Assembly: GCA_041660605.1 (NCBI GenBank)
Contig: JBAZWB010000001.1
Location: 750,503 to 814,502, forward strand
Direction: 5' to 3'
DNA: 64,000 bases
Origin: Patescibacteria group bacterium
GTDB lineage: Bacteria > Patescibacteriota > Patescibacteriia > UBA10025 > JAHIVO01
The translations under genes and the position numbers were made by a program. The notes under the pieces were generated by a model that saw nothing but the letters and a program-made list of their open reading frames with translations, was not told the origin of the DNA and did no database searches. Shown here one piece after another: positions 35,983 through 45,128 of this stretch (the first letter of the stretch is position 1; each line of letters begins with the position of its first letter).

Positions 35983-38856
35983 TTACAAATCGTATTTCTT
36001 GCCTTCTTTTGCCGTATTCTTGGCGATAGGAACAGTCACATGGAAAGCCGAGCCCTTGCCCAGGCCTTTGGATTCCACCCAAATCTTACCACCGTGCGCT
36101 TCCGCCAACCGGCGCGCTACGTACAGACCGAGGCCGGAGCCGTCCGGATTCACCTGGGCAATACCGAAACCGCGCACAAATTTGGTAAAAAGCTTATTTG
36201 CTTCATGCTGAGGAATGCCGCGTCCGGTATCAGCTACGATAAAATGGATAAACTCCCCTTCCTGCTTTGTGCTTAGCGTGACACTGCCCTTGTCAGTATA
36301 TTTTATGGCATTATCCGTTAGATTCATTACCACATCACCAAATTTATCGGCATCAGCCATAATTTTTGGCAGGAGTTTTGGCTCTTTTTTATAAGACAAT
36401 TTTAATTTCTTGTCATCAGCGGATTTTTGCACTACTTTCATGATATTGGCAATAATATCTTCAATCCGTAAAGGCATGCGGTTCAGCTCCATCTTGCCGG
36501 ATTCAATCTTGGTGACATTAAGAAATAAATTGATCAGCCTGATCATGCGCTGGGACTCATCAAGTAAATTCTGCAGGACTTTTTTCTGCTCTTTCGGCAC
36601 CTTGCCAAAGTCTTCCTGCAAAACCATGGACAGATAGCCCATAATGCCGGTCATCGGAGTCCTTAATTGATGTGAAGCAATGGAAACGAATTCTGATTTT
36701 GCCTGGTCCAGCTGCTGCAAGTGCACATTGGCCTCTGCTAATTCTTTATTAGTACCCTGCAGCTGGTGATACAGCTCAATGTTTCGATAGACAATGCCAG
36801 TCTGGTTGCACAAGGCTTTCATCATGGACAAATCAGTCTCTTTCAGCCCTCCCGGATCGCGGTCAAGCAGAAAATCTATGACGCCGACTATCCCCTCCTC
36901 AGAATATATCGGCACGGCAATGACCGCTTTTATATTAAGCTTAGCCTGTATCTGTTTCACTATTTCCGGAGGCACTGGCGGAGAAATAAATTCTGACAGA
37001 TCAGTACCGATCTGCACCTTGCCATGCTTGATGGCCTTAATAGAGCGAGTACTATCCTCCTTAAAATCCCCATAATATTCATTCATTGGCTTGGGCAGCA
37101 TTTTCAGCATCTCATCAATTTGTTTGCTGCGTGTTATCGCGTCAGGAAAAAGCTTATGCCGGTCTTTACCCAGAAATAACAAAATCCCCCCTAAGTATCC
37201 GAGCTCTGAAGAAATACTATCAGTAATTGCCTGTGTTACTTTTTTAAAATCCAACGTGCGTGTAATCAAATTAGTAACTTTCTGCAATGCCGACAGAAAA
37301 CGATTGTGCTCCTGCAATTGGATATTGGTACTGCGCAAGCCCTCGGTAGCCAAGGCCACTTCTTTTTTCAGTCTTTCTGTAAATTGCCGTGCTTCCTCAT
37401 ATAAACGGGATTTTTCCAGCGCCGACGCCAGTTGTGGACCGATTAATTTTAATAAATCCAAATCTTCAGAACCAAATGGATCGCCTGATAATTTCGGTCC
37501 TAAAACCAATATAGCATTCAGGTTATTACCAACCATGACTGGCGCCACCACCGCCGAGTCCAAAGCATCCAGGGCGGTTTTGGAGGCTTCTAGTTTTTTT
37601 CGTTCTGCCTCAACCTGCGTATCTTCTATTTTTCGCTCCAGCGCTTCCAATACGATAGTTTCATTTTCTTTTTTTAAATATGCAATCAACGGACTTTTAT
37701 GAGGGATTTTATTATGCAAATCCTGCCGAGCGGCCAGATCCATATCGTTTCCATTCTCATCAACAATTCTTTTGCCCTTTTCGTCTAGATTTCCCTTACG
37801 CTTGTAGAAGGCACCGCCCGCCACACCCGATAAATAGATACTGGCATTTTTTATTTTTAGTGATACTTCCAGCTTACGCGATAGAGCGTACAACAGCGTA
37901 TCCATATCAATTTCACGATTTATGATTTCTGAAAGTTCAGATAAAAGTTTCCTATAATCCACCTTTGCTTTAAAAAATAGTTGATCGGTGGCTTGGGCAA
38001 TGGATTTTTTTAGTGGATCTAAAATAAGTACAATAAAAATTGAAACAAAAATTGCTATTATTGATTTAGTTGTAATATTAACTCCTAGAATATCAGGTAA
38101 AAGGAGTGCTAAGCCAACAACAGCAGCGGAAATTAATAAAACCACGAGAGAATAGGTGATTGTTCGCAATATAACTAAGCGAATATCTAATAATTTATGT
38201 TTAATTATTGCATAAACTGACAATCCAACAAAGATTAAGGCGAATGGACTATCTAATGCTGAATATTTTTCATATCCAAGGGCAGGTAAAATTAAACTTA
38301 AAAACATCGAAATAAATCCAAAAGATGAAGTTCCAATTAAAATAAATTTATATTGAATCCGTTTCAAACGACTCCCTTTTTTATAGGCACCTAATAATAA
38401 AATAATGGGAATTATAATTGCAGAAGCGCTATAGATAGCATATAAATTAAATAGACTACCCTTTTGAAATGACGTAAATGGATTTGTTGAATCTAAATTC
38501 CCGACAACAATATAATCATTAACGAAAGGTAAAATTATAAATACAATTCCAATTATTATTACTATTAATCTTACAAGTTTATCACTTTTAGATATTCTTC
38601 CTTTAAAGTATAAAATCCAAATTATTGCAGTAATTGGTACTAGCGCTCCAAGTGAAAATGTTAATCTTAAAATGTAATAATTTATTACTACCCTTAATAA
38701 AAAATTTGAAAAAATCCATATACCCGTAATAAAGGCAAAAATTGCCAACGATATATTGATTTTATTTTTTTTATTTCTTCGCCAAACAAGTGCAGCAAGA
38801 AAAATATTTGCCAATGAAGCAATTAGCGTTAATAATGCGACCAAAAAAGTAACCAT
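35983..38856 (-). CDS. Sensor histidine kinase: N-terminal 7TM sensor, GAF domain(s), HisKA, HATPase_c
   Basis: H-box FVSIASHQLRTP. N, G1 and G2 boxes (NLTDNAIKYT, DTGRGIP, GSGLGLYVARRL). N-terminal 7 hydrophobic helices. GAF-like region ends ...IVYRNIELYHQLQ. Confidence 0.85.
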   Translation of the reverse strand: MVTFLVALLTLIASLANIFLAALVWRRNKKNKINISLAIFAFITGIWIFSNFLLRVVINYYILRLTFSLGALVPITAIIWILYFKGRISKSDKLVRLIVIIIGIVFIILPFVNDYIVVGNLDSTNPFTSFQKGSLFNLYAIYSASAIIIPIILLLGAYKKGSRLKRIQYKFILIGTSSFGFISMFLSLILPALGYEKYSALDSPFALIFVGLSVYAIIKHKLLDIRLVILRTITYSLVVLLISAAVVGLALLLPDILGVNITTKSIIAIFVSIFIVLILDPLKKSIAQATDQLFFKAKVDYRKLLSELSEIINREIDMDTLLYALSRKLEVSLKIKNASIYLSGVAGGAFYKRKGNLDEKGKRIVDENGNDMDLAARQDLHNKIPHKSPLIAYLKKENETIVLEALERKIEDTQVEAERKKLEASKTALDALDSAVVAPVMVGNNLNAILVLGPKLSGDPFGSEDLDLLKLIGPQLASALEKSRLYEEARQFTERLKKEVALATEGLRSTNIQLQEHNRFLSALQKVTNLITRTLDFKKVTQAITDSISSELGYLGGILLFLGKDRHKLFPDAITRSKQIDEMLKMLPKPMNEYYGDFKEDSTRSIKAIKHGKVQIGTDLSEFISPPVPPEIVKQIQAKLNIKAVIAVPIYSEEGIVGVIDFLLDRDPGGLKETDLSMMKALCNQTGIVYRNIELYHQLQGTNKELAEANVHLQQLDQAKSEFVSIASHQLRTPMTGIMGYLSMVLQEDFGKVPKEQKKVLQNLLDESQRMIRLINLFLNVTKIESGKMELNRMPLRIEDIIANIMKVVQKSADDKKLKLSYKKEPKLLPKIMADADKFGDVVMNLTDNAIKYTDKGSVTLSTKQEGEFIHFIVADTGRGIPQHEANKLFTKFVRGFGIAQVNPDGSGLGLYVARRLAEAHGGKIWVESKGLGKGSAFHVTVPIAKNTAKEGKKYDL

Positions 38857-40083
38857 CTACTTTAAAATTTTATATTTCTTCCCAAGTTTTTCAACGCATT
38901 CAAGAAGGTAATCTATATGTTTGCGTTCATGTAATGATGTAATGATATACCTTAGTCTTGCCATCCCCTTTGGAACTGCAGGCCATCTCATTGGGGGCAC
39001 ATAAATACCTAAATTAAATAAATCGTTAGAAAATTTGATTGCCACGCTTTCATTACCAATTAACATTGGAATAAGTGGTGTTTTAGTTTCAAGAGTATTA
39101 TAACCAATTTGATTTAATTTCTGAATTAAATAATTTGTATTATCCCATAATTTAGCAATTCTTTGCTGGCCTTCAACTGAATTTAAAATTTCAAGAATTT
39201 TCAATCCTCCCTCAGCGATTGAGGTCAAATATGTTCTAGAAAAAATATACGTCCTAGCTGTTACTTTTAAAAAATCAATTATCTCTTTTTTTGCACAGAC
39301 ACAACCACCGATCATACCAAATCCTTTTGATAAAGATGCGATATATATATCGACACCTTCATTTAAATTATAGAATTCCATTATACCTTTACCATGTTTA
39401 CCTAGTACTCCAATTGAGTGGGCATCATCAACTGCTAACAAACAATTATATTTCCTTGATAGCTTGACCATGGCTGGTAAATTTATTATATGGCCATCCA
39501 TACTAAATACCCCATCTGTCACAATTAAATTTCTTTTAGTTCTACCTTGTTTCAATTTATTTTCAAGGTCTTGTAAATCTAAATGATTATAGATAACTGT
39601 ATCATTTTTTGAAATTCGGCAACCATCAACTATTGTTGCATGATTTAATTCATCACTAAATATCGTTGTTTTTGTGTTACCAACATATAATTTTACAAAA
39701 AATAAAAAACTTTCTACAGGCAAATTTGTAATTGCCGGTATAACACCAGTATTAACAGCGGTAGTCGAACTAAATAAAATACAATCATCGTAGCCAAAAA
39801 AAATTGCCAATTCCTTTTCAAATTTTTCGTGAATTTTCCATAAACCTCCAACGAGTGGTGAATTAGAAGGATGTATCCCATATTTTAATATCGAATTTGC
39901 AACAATCTTTTTAATTTCAGGATGAGCAGATAAACCTAAATAATTACACGAATTAAAAGTTAATACCCTACTACCTTTCATCGTAAAAACGGGATCTTCA
40001 CTATTATCATCGATAACAGTCATAATCTCCGGATATAACCCCCCTTTATTGATCACCTTGAGTAATTTTTTAATTGTTTCCAT
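38857..40083 (-). CDS. Alpha-oxoamine synthase family PLP enzyme (8-amino-7-oxononanoate synthase / serine palmitoyltransferase / KBL-like)
   Basis: DDAHSIGVLGKHGKG and SLSKGFG (PLP Lys) motifs. Start trimmed to METIKKLL. Abuts the kinase stop. Confidence 0.75.
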   Translation of the reverse strand: METIKKLLKVINKGGLYPEIMTVIDDNSEDPVFTMKGSRVLTFNSCNYLGLSAHPEIKKIVANSILKYGIHPSNSPLVGGLWKIHEKFEKELAIFFGYDDCILFSSTTAVNTGVIPAITNLPVESFLFFVKLYVGNTKTTIFSDELNHATIVDGCRISKNDTVIYNHLDLQDLENKLKQGRTKRNLIVTDGVFSMDGHIINLPAMVKLSRKYNCLLAVDDAHSIGVLGKHGKGIMEFYNLNEGVDIYIASLSKGFGMIGGCVCAKKEIIDFLKVTARTYIFSRTYLTSIAEGGLKILEILNSVEGQQRIAKLWDNTNYLIQKLNQIGYNTLETKTPLIPMLIGNESVAIKFSNDLFNLGIYVPPMRWPAVPKGMARLRYIITSLHERKHIDYLLECVEKLGKKYKILK

Positions 40084-40470
40084 GTATTTTGTTTTTAATA
40101 GTGATTGATAATTACTTAAAATATTGTGAAAATAAAATTGTAACAAAGTTTAATTTATCATACCACATTTTTCATCTTTTTGCAAGTCCAATTATCAAAC
40201 AAAAAACCCAAATCTCGACTAATAATTGGGCATTTCTGAAAGAAAATTGAATTCATTATTTTTCTTTTTATTTTTCTGTTGCCTTTATTTTAGCACAAAA
40301 TTGCTAACCTATAAATACCAAAAAAACAAGCATCTTTGCCTGTGACCGCCCTTTATGCTATTAAATAATAATAATATTAATACTACATTTGCACGTACGT
40401 ACTATTCTTCAAATATTATATTAATAAATAAAATAATTTAGTCTGATAAAAAATAGCCAAAATACCTTAT

Positions 40471-41037
40471 TTAAATTAATCTAAAAGATTCCACCACTTC
40501 ATCGAAAACTTCATTATGAGAGTAATTTGTTTCTTCAGTTATTATGTAAATCTTTTTATTTTTTGAAACTACTATGGTTCTTTGATTAGTCGAATTACTA
40601 ATAAACTTTTCTGCTGTTTGCCCGGAAACTGTCTCACTGGACACTTTATAAGCCGAGAAATCATTTTTATCCAATAGTTCAATCAAAAGTACAATTGACT
40701 CATCTTTCTTCTGAAGCAGATAATTTTCTATTTCCAAATTATTATCATTAGAATAAACCGAAATGGTAACCTCTTCGCCCTCATTTGGCTGCTCGTACAC
40801 CGTTAAATTAATTGAGTTACCCTGTGGCAGATTATCAGTTTCCGTGTTTATTTGATAATCAGATGGATAAGAAAAACTGAAATAGTTTTCCGTATTGGAA
40901 TACGTTTTTAATTCAGTGTTATTGATACTTATTTGTTCTATTTTTGTTCCTGCCCCTCCTCTTAGCACTAAAAATCCAACTATAATTAAACCAGCAACGC
41001 AAATAATTATTGAAGTGATTATTAAATTTTTTTTCAT
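40471..41037 (-). CDS. Hypothetical N-terminally membrane-anchored extracytoplasmic protein
   Basis: Signal-anchor MKKNLIITSIIICVAGLIIVGFLVL. C-terminal ...EVVESFRLI resembles the next gene's ...EVISSFKLI. Confidence 0.45.
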   Translation of the reverse strand: MKKNLIITSIIICVAGLIIVGFLVLRGGAGTKIEQISINNTELKTYSNTENYFSFSYPSDYQINTETDNLPQGNSINLTVYEQPNEGEEVTISVYSNDNNLEIENYLLQKKDESIVLLIELLDKNDFSAYKVSSETVSGQTAEKFISNSTNQRTIVVSKNKKIYIITEETNYSHNEVFDEVVESFRLI

Positions 41038-41684
41038 ATATCAATTAATTTAAAACTAGAAATAACTTCTTCTGCCAACGGATTTGAATCTGTGTTTTCA
41101 TATACTATGCCAATGTGATAAAGCCAACCTTTGTTAATAAAATAATATTCTGTGGCATAATCTTTAACACCGCCGGTAAAATCAACCCTATCAGCTTCAA
41201 TACCGTCAGCCAATCTTTCTTTCCTGAATGTCCACTCCCCCTCGCCATACTGCTGGTTTAAATAGTCAGTAAGTGTTTCGTTACTAAATAAGCTACGAGT
41301 AAACTGAACCGCCGTTCCAGTTAAGCTCACCAGATTTTCATCCTCCGGACCTTTGCCCGAGCTTCTATAAAGCGGCTTGTCCGAACTTTCAACGCTGATC
41401 ATATTTCCGCTGTAAATTACCTGTTGTACGCCATTGACCACGACATTATCAACCGTGGTTCTCACATGCCACTCTTTTGGCATTTCGAAAGAAATCTGCA
41501 AATTGGGGTCTGTATAGAGATCACGGTCGGCACTTACTATCACTCGAGTAGCGTTATTTGAGGCAGAATTCGTCTGTAGATTGGTGTTGGTTTCGCCCGA
41601 GTTATTATTCGAAATAAAAAAATAAACACTTACTAATATTATTGCCACAATTATAACGCAAATTAAAATGTTTTTTTTAGTCAT
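41034..41684 (-). CDS. Hypothetical N-terminally membrane-anchored extracytoplasmic protein (paralogous C-terminus to 40471..41037)
   Basis: Start set at MTKKNILICVIIVAIILV. Overlaps the neighbouring genes by 4-8 nt (operon). Confidence 0.45.
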   Translation of the reverse strand: MTKKNILICVIIVAIILVSVYFFISNNNSGETNTNLQTNSASNNATRVIVSADRDLYTDPNLQISFEMPKEWHVRTTVDNVVVNGVQQVIYSGNMISVESSDKPLYRSSGKGPEDENLVSLTGTAVQFTRSLFSNETLTDYLNQQYGEGEWTFRKERLADGIEADRVDFTGGVKDYATEYYFINKGWLYHIGIVYENTDSNPLAEEVISSFKLIDI

Positions 41685-42903
41685 ATTGCAGCGAACTAAT
41701 AATATTTTCAAATTGTTTAACGCTTTCCGCCTCCTCATTAAATATCTGAAATTTTCCCGATTCAATTTGTCGGACAAAATAATCAAACTCACTTTCCTTT
41801 ACATTAATTACATTATTGTCCGTAGGGACATAGCCAAATATCGCTTTTTTAGAATTATCATCTTTGTTCCGAATAAAAACCTCACGCACTATAGTACCTG
41901 AATTTTCAATACCATAATCATATATAAATTCATAAAATGAAAATCCCTCGTAACCGTCAGGTACCTGCATAAATGGCTTACAAGCTGCGTACTTAAATGA
42001 AGGCAGATTAACCAACAAACTACAAAAATCTCCCGAATTGGATTGAAAGGGTTCCTGTCCAAGGAATGATAAAAAGCGTTCCGTGCCGCACAAAACGTCC
42101 TGCATTCCGTAACTAACCCATAAACCAACCCCCGTTTGCGTTTGAAAATATGATACCCGGCAAGACAAATCCACAGAATGTACGCTTTTATCATTTAGAG
42201 AATCAATATCCGCTTGAGTGAATTTAATAAAATCTACGGGTATTTCAATTTTTAGCAAAGAATATGGAAAACTTAATGTTCCCGTTTGTCCATTTAGGCT
42301 GTATCTGTAATAACCAAGTTCCGGGCGTGTATCCGGCCCTCGCGAAGTATCAAATAACAATTCTTTGCCTCCAGACGTTAAATATAATATATTACCTTCA
42401 ACTTTAGTGATTTCCACATCCGTACCAATCAAATTATCCGGATCTTCATACGAAATTGATGTTGCTGCTAACGGATCAAACGCGGTGATGTCTATATAAT
42501 GGAAACTATAATGATTTTCTTCGCGAATCTCCGAAATAAACCATAATCTTGTTTTGTTACTATTCCAAATAAAATTTCTATATTGAAAGTTAAAATCATA
42601 GGTACCATTAACCATTTCTGACAAATTATCCTGTCGATCATACATTGTTAAAATCTGCTTTCCATCGGATTTAATGGTATGCTCTAGATAATAGTTAGAA
42701 TCAGAAAACGCATACACCTGTGTATTGTTGGTCAGTTGATTAATATTATCTAATGAAGAATTGCTCATCTTATTACTTACATTATTAGTATAATCCTTAT
42801 TGATGCTGTCCTTATTTGTATCAACTATGAGTATAATTGCAAGAACAGCTACAATAAAAATAGCTATTAATATTAATCCTACTTTTTTATTTATTGATTT
42901 CAT
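41677..42903 (-). CDS. Hypothetical large membrane-anchored extracytoplasmic protein (408 aa)
   Basis: Signal-anchor MKSINKKVGLILIAIFIVAVLAIILIV. No family recognised. Confidence 0.45.
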   Translation of the reverse strand: MKSINKKVGLILIAIFIVAVLAIILIVDTNKDSINKDYTNNVSNKMSNSSLDNINQLTNNTQVYAFSDSNYYLEHTIKSDGKQILTMYDRQDNLSEMVNGTYDFNFQYRNFIWNSNKTRLWFISEIREENHYSFHYIDITAFDPLAATSISYEDPDNLIGTDVEITKVEGNILYLTSGGKELLFDTSRGPDTRPELGYYRYSLNGQTGTLSFPYSLLKIEIPVDFIKFTQADIDSLNDKSVHSVDLSCRVSYFQTQTGVGLWVSYGMQDVLCGTERFLSFLGQEPFQSNSGDFCSLLVNLPSFKYAACKPFMQVPDGYEGFSFYEFIYDYGIENSGTIVREVFIRNKDDNSKKAIFGYVPTDNNVINVKESEFDYFVRQIESGKFQIFNEEAESVKQFENIISSLQYD

Positions 42904-42998
42904 GCGAATTAAAATAAATAATTAGATAAAGATGATTTTAGAATGCGTGGTGGAAAAGGAGTGTTTCCCTCTTCCACCACACTTATGTGGGTAAATGG

Positions 42999-43673
42999 CT
43001 AATATTGCCACCAGTAGAAATCAATTTGGCAGGCATAATACTCTGAATCACACAGCGTCGGAATAACGGGATGTCCGTTGTTGTCATTGATGTTCTCGTA
43101 TCCAACAATATGCAGATGTGTTCCAATAGAATTTCCGGAATTTCCAGTTCTGCCGAGAAAAAAATGAGCCGGAATATTTTTTCCCACATAAACTCGCGAG
43201 TAGATGTAGGATAAATGCGCATAGCGTATGGCAACATGGCGAATTGGGTCATACACTACAACGGTATACCCATAGCCATTTTGCCACCCTGCGTAGATTA
43301 TTCTGCCTCCAAACCCGGCAAAAATCTGTATGCCATAATCTAAACCGTTAATTTGGTTTAAATCACGCGCATAATATTCCGCGCCCGAATGAGTGCTTAG
43401 CCGGCCATTGCAAAATGGTGCACCGATTGTAGAACCTGGGGTATTTGGTCCATCCCAACCAATCCAATCACCTTTCAGCTGTAATGATCCAAATGGCCAA
43501 GCCACAATCATTTTAGCCCCACGTTTTGATAACACTTCCACTGCCCCCACATCAACATCATTGAATTCAGCTTCCTTGGGCTGGGGATTACTGGCTTTGT
43601 CGGCTAGCTTCGAACAACCGACAACGAAAGCTAGGATTAGCGCCAATATCGTAATTAATCTGTGGTTCTTCAT
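42999..43673 (-). CDS. Lipoprotein with M23-family (LytM-like) metallopeptidase domain
   Basis: Lipobox LAFVVGC. M23 motifs ...HSGAEYYARD... and GRTGNSGNSIGTHLHIVG. GC-richer than neighbours. Confidence 0.6.
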   Translation of the reverse strand: MKNHRLITILALILAFVVGCSKLADKASNPQPKEAEFNDVDVGAVEVLSKRGAKMIVAWPFGSLQLKGDWIGWDGPNTPGSTIGAPFCNGRLSTHSGAEYYARDLNQINGLDYGIQIFAGFGGRIIYAGWQNGYGYTVVVYDPIRHVAIRYAHLSYIYSRVYVGKNIPAHFFLGRTGNSGNSIGTHLHIVGYENINDNNGHPVIPTLCDSEYYACQIDFYWWQY

Positions 43674-43855
43674 TTTCTCTTTGTTCCTTTCCTGAAAGGT
43701 AGTTTTGATTTCAAGTTGCGGTTTTTTAGGCTTTCAGAAAATACCCACGTGTTTTCCGAAAGCTGGTTGCTATTTGCCTCCCATGGTTATTGCCATAGAC
43801 ATGCTCCTTTGTTTACAATGAACGGTTTTTTAGGTTAATTAAAAACTATTTTATA

Positions 43856-44137
43856 TTAAACAAAAATTATTATTAATAATGACAGGACCACAAATAAAAG
43901 CCAATTAGCCAAAGCTCCTTGCGCATAGAACTTATAACTCTTGTTAGACAGCCCGAAAAAAGCTACAAAAAATAATACCCCACTTAAAATATAAGTTACA
44001 ATTGCTGGGAGGTCGATCTGTGATTTTGAAAATATGATTTTGAATAAATCTAAGGAAGAAAGCGCCGCAGCATACAGAAAAAAACCGACAATGCGTTCTT
44101 TTAAAAATATTTTTTTAAATTCAGTTTCCATATACAT
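43856..44137 (-). CDS. Small hypothetical membrane protein
   Basis: 93-aa ORF with two hydrophobic helices. Confidence 0.3.
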   Translation of the reverse strand: MYMETEFKKIFLKERIVGFFLYAAALSSLDLFKIIFSKSQIDLPAIVTYILSGVLFFVAFFGLSNKSYKFYAQGALANWLLFVVLSLLIIIFV

Positions 44138-44199
44138 AATATTACTAATTAATAATGTTGAGGGAAGAATTAGTTGTCTTCTTCCCTCTTCTCGGACCG

Positions 44200-44736
44200 C
44201 TAGCCCGTTATCCAGATGCCACCTGCCCAGGTGTGATTAATACAGAAACGACTGTAATGATAGTAATAGTACTGTGCCCAGAGATAGATCGGATATGCGT
44301 ATCCACTGCGAGACATGAGGTCAAGCATATAGACTGCTGATAGTTCAGAATAGCATTCCTTGTACCCCCACCAGTACCAATAAAACTCGATCTTTGCGAT
44401 CGCCGGAGACTCGTTCATCTCCTGAATCTTCTGATTAGCAATCGGAATTCCTTTCTGCAGATTGAGCACAGTTTCCAGATCAGAACCGGCAATCGAGCTG
44501 TGCGCGGCCTTGAATCCCGCTTCGTCAAAGACATACTGTCCGTCTTTGGTTTGGGTAACGTACGGATCCATAGCCGCAATCATCTGCTCATACTGAGCGG
44601 CCTTGGCCTGTTCTTTGGCAAACGGCTGTTCCGGTTCGCTGGCAACCGGGGCTTTCACTCCCGAACAGCCAGGCAGCAGGAACATGATGGCCAATGGAAA
44701 CGCCAACAATCGGTAAAGAAGTTTATGCTTCATCAT
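44200..44736 (-). CDS. Hypothetical lipoprotein, aromatic-rich C-terminus, GC-richer
   Basis: Start set to MMKHKLLYRLLAFPLAIMFLLPGCSG (lipobox LLPGC). Confidence 0.5.
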   Translation of the reverse strand: MMKHKLLYRLLAFPLAIMFLLPGCSGVKAPVASEPEQPFAKEQAKAAQYEQMIAAMDPYVTQTKDGQYVFDEAGFKAAHSSIAGSDLETVLNLQKGIPIANQKIQEMNESPAIAKIEFYWYWWGYKECYSELSAVYMLDLMSRSGYAYPIYLWAQYYYYHYSRFCINHTWAGGIWITG

Positions 44737-44939
44737 ATAGAGAAGCCTTTCAAAAACAGAATTTCCGTGAGTGCTTGATTGGCAAATAACAATCGTAAGA
44801 AGAGACCCACGTTTTCTCCCTACTAAAATCAATTAACTGTAACCTCTCTTTCTACCTGCGAAATGGCAAGTGGTTGGTATGGTTTAGGCTATCAATGAGC
44901 GATTATTTATGTTGGAAAAGGCTCTTATGCACATGTTTT

Positions 44940-44969
44940 GACGACGGCGAATGTCCGCGACGGCGCAAT
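44940..44969. repeat. Left GC-rich inverted repeat GACGACGGCGAATGTCCGCGACGGCGCAAT bounding the 7TM-GAF block
   Basis: Matches the reverse complement of 52881-52912 (GCGACGGCGCAAT-5nt-GCGACGGCGC) at about 85% identity. GC-rich 13-mer in an AT-rich spacer. Confidence 0.6.
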
Positions 44970-45128
44970 CAGATATAAATTTATTTACGAATAATCATTG
45001 ATATTGCTTATCATAATTTTTCATAAAAAATAACAGAGCGCCGTCAATCTTTTGCCCTGTTAATGTTCGTTTCTATCTTAATTATATCATTTTTCAATCA
45101 AACATTCAGCATCTAATAATAAAATTAA

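Noticed and set aside
40147-40470. tRNA, rRNA or other RNA genes in the AT-rich 300-bp spacers (40147-40470, 44833-45128, 15584-15769)
   Set aside because: Read by eye for T-loop (GTTCRANYC) and acceptor-stem/CCA features and found none. No rRNA-like conserved blocks. A proper tRNAscan or Infernal run is still advisable.
42983-43252. 89-aa ORF overlapping the M23 peptidase gene in another frame
   Set aside because: It is same-strand out-of-frame overlap with a motif-supported gene and has no independent support.
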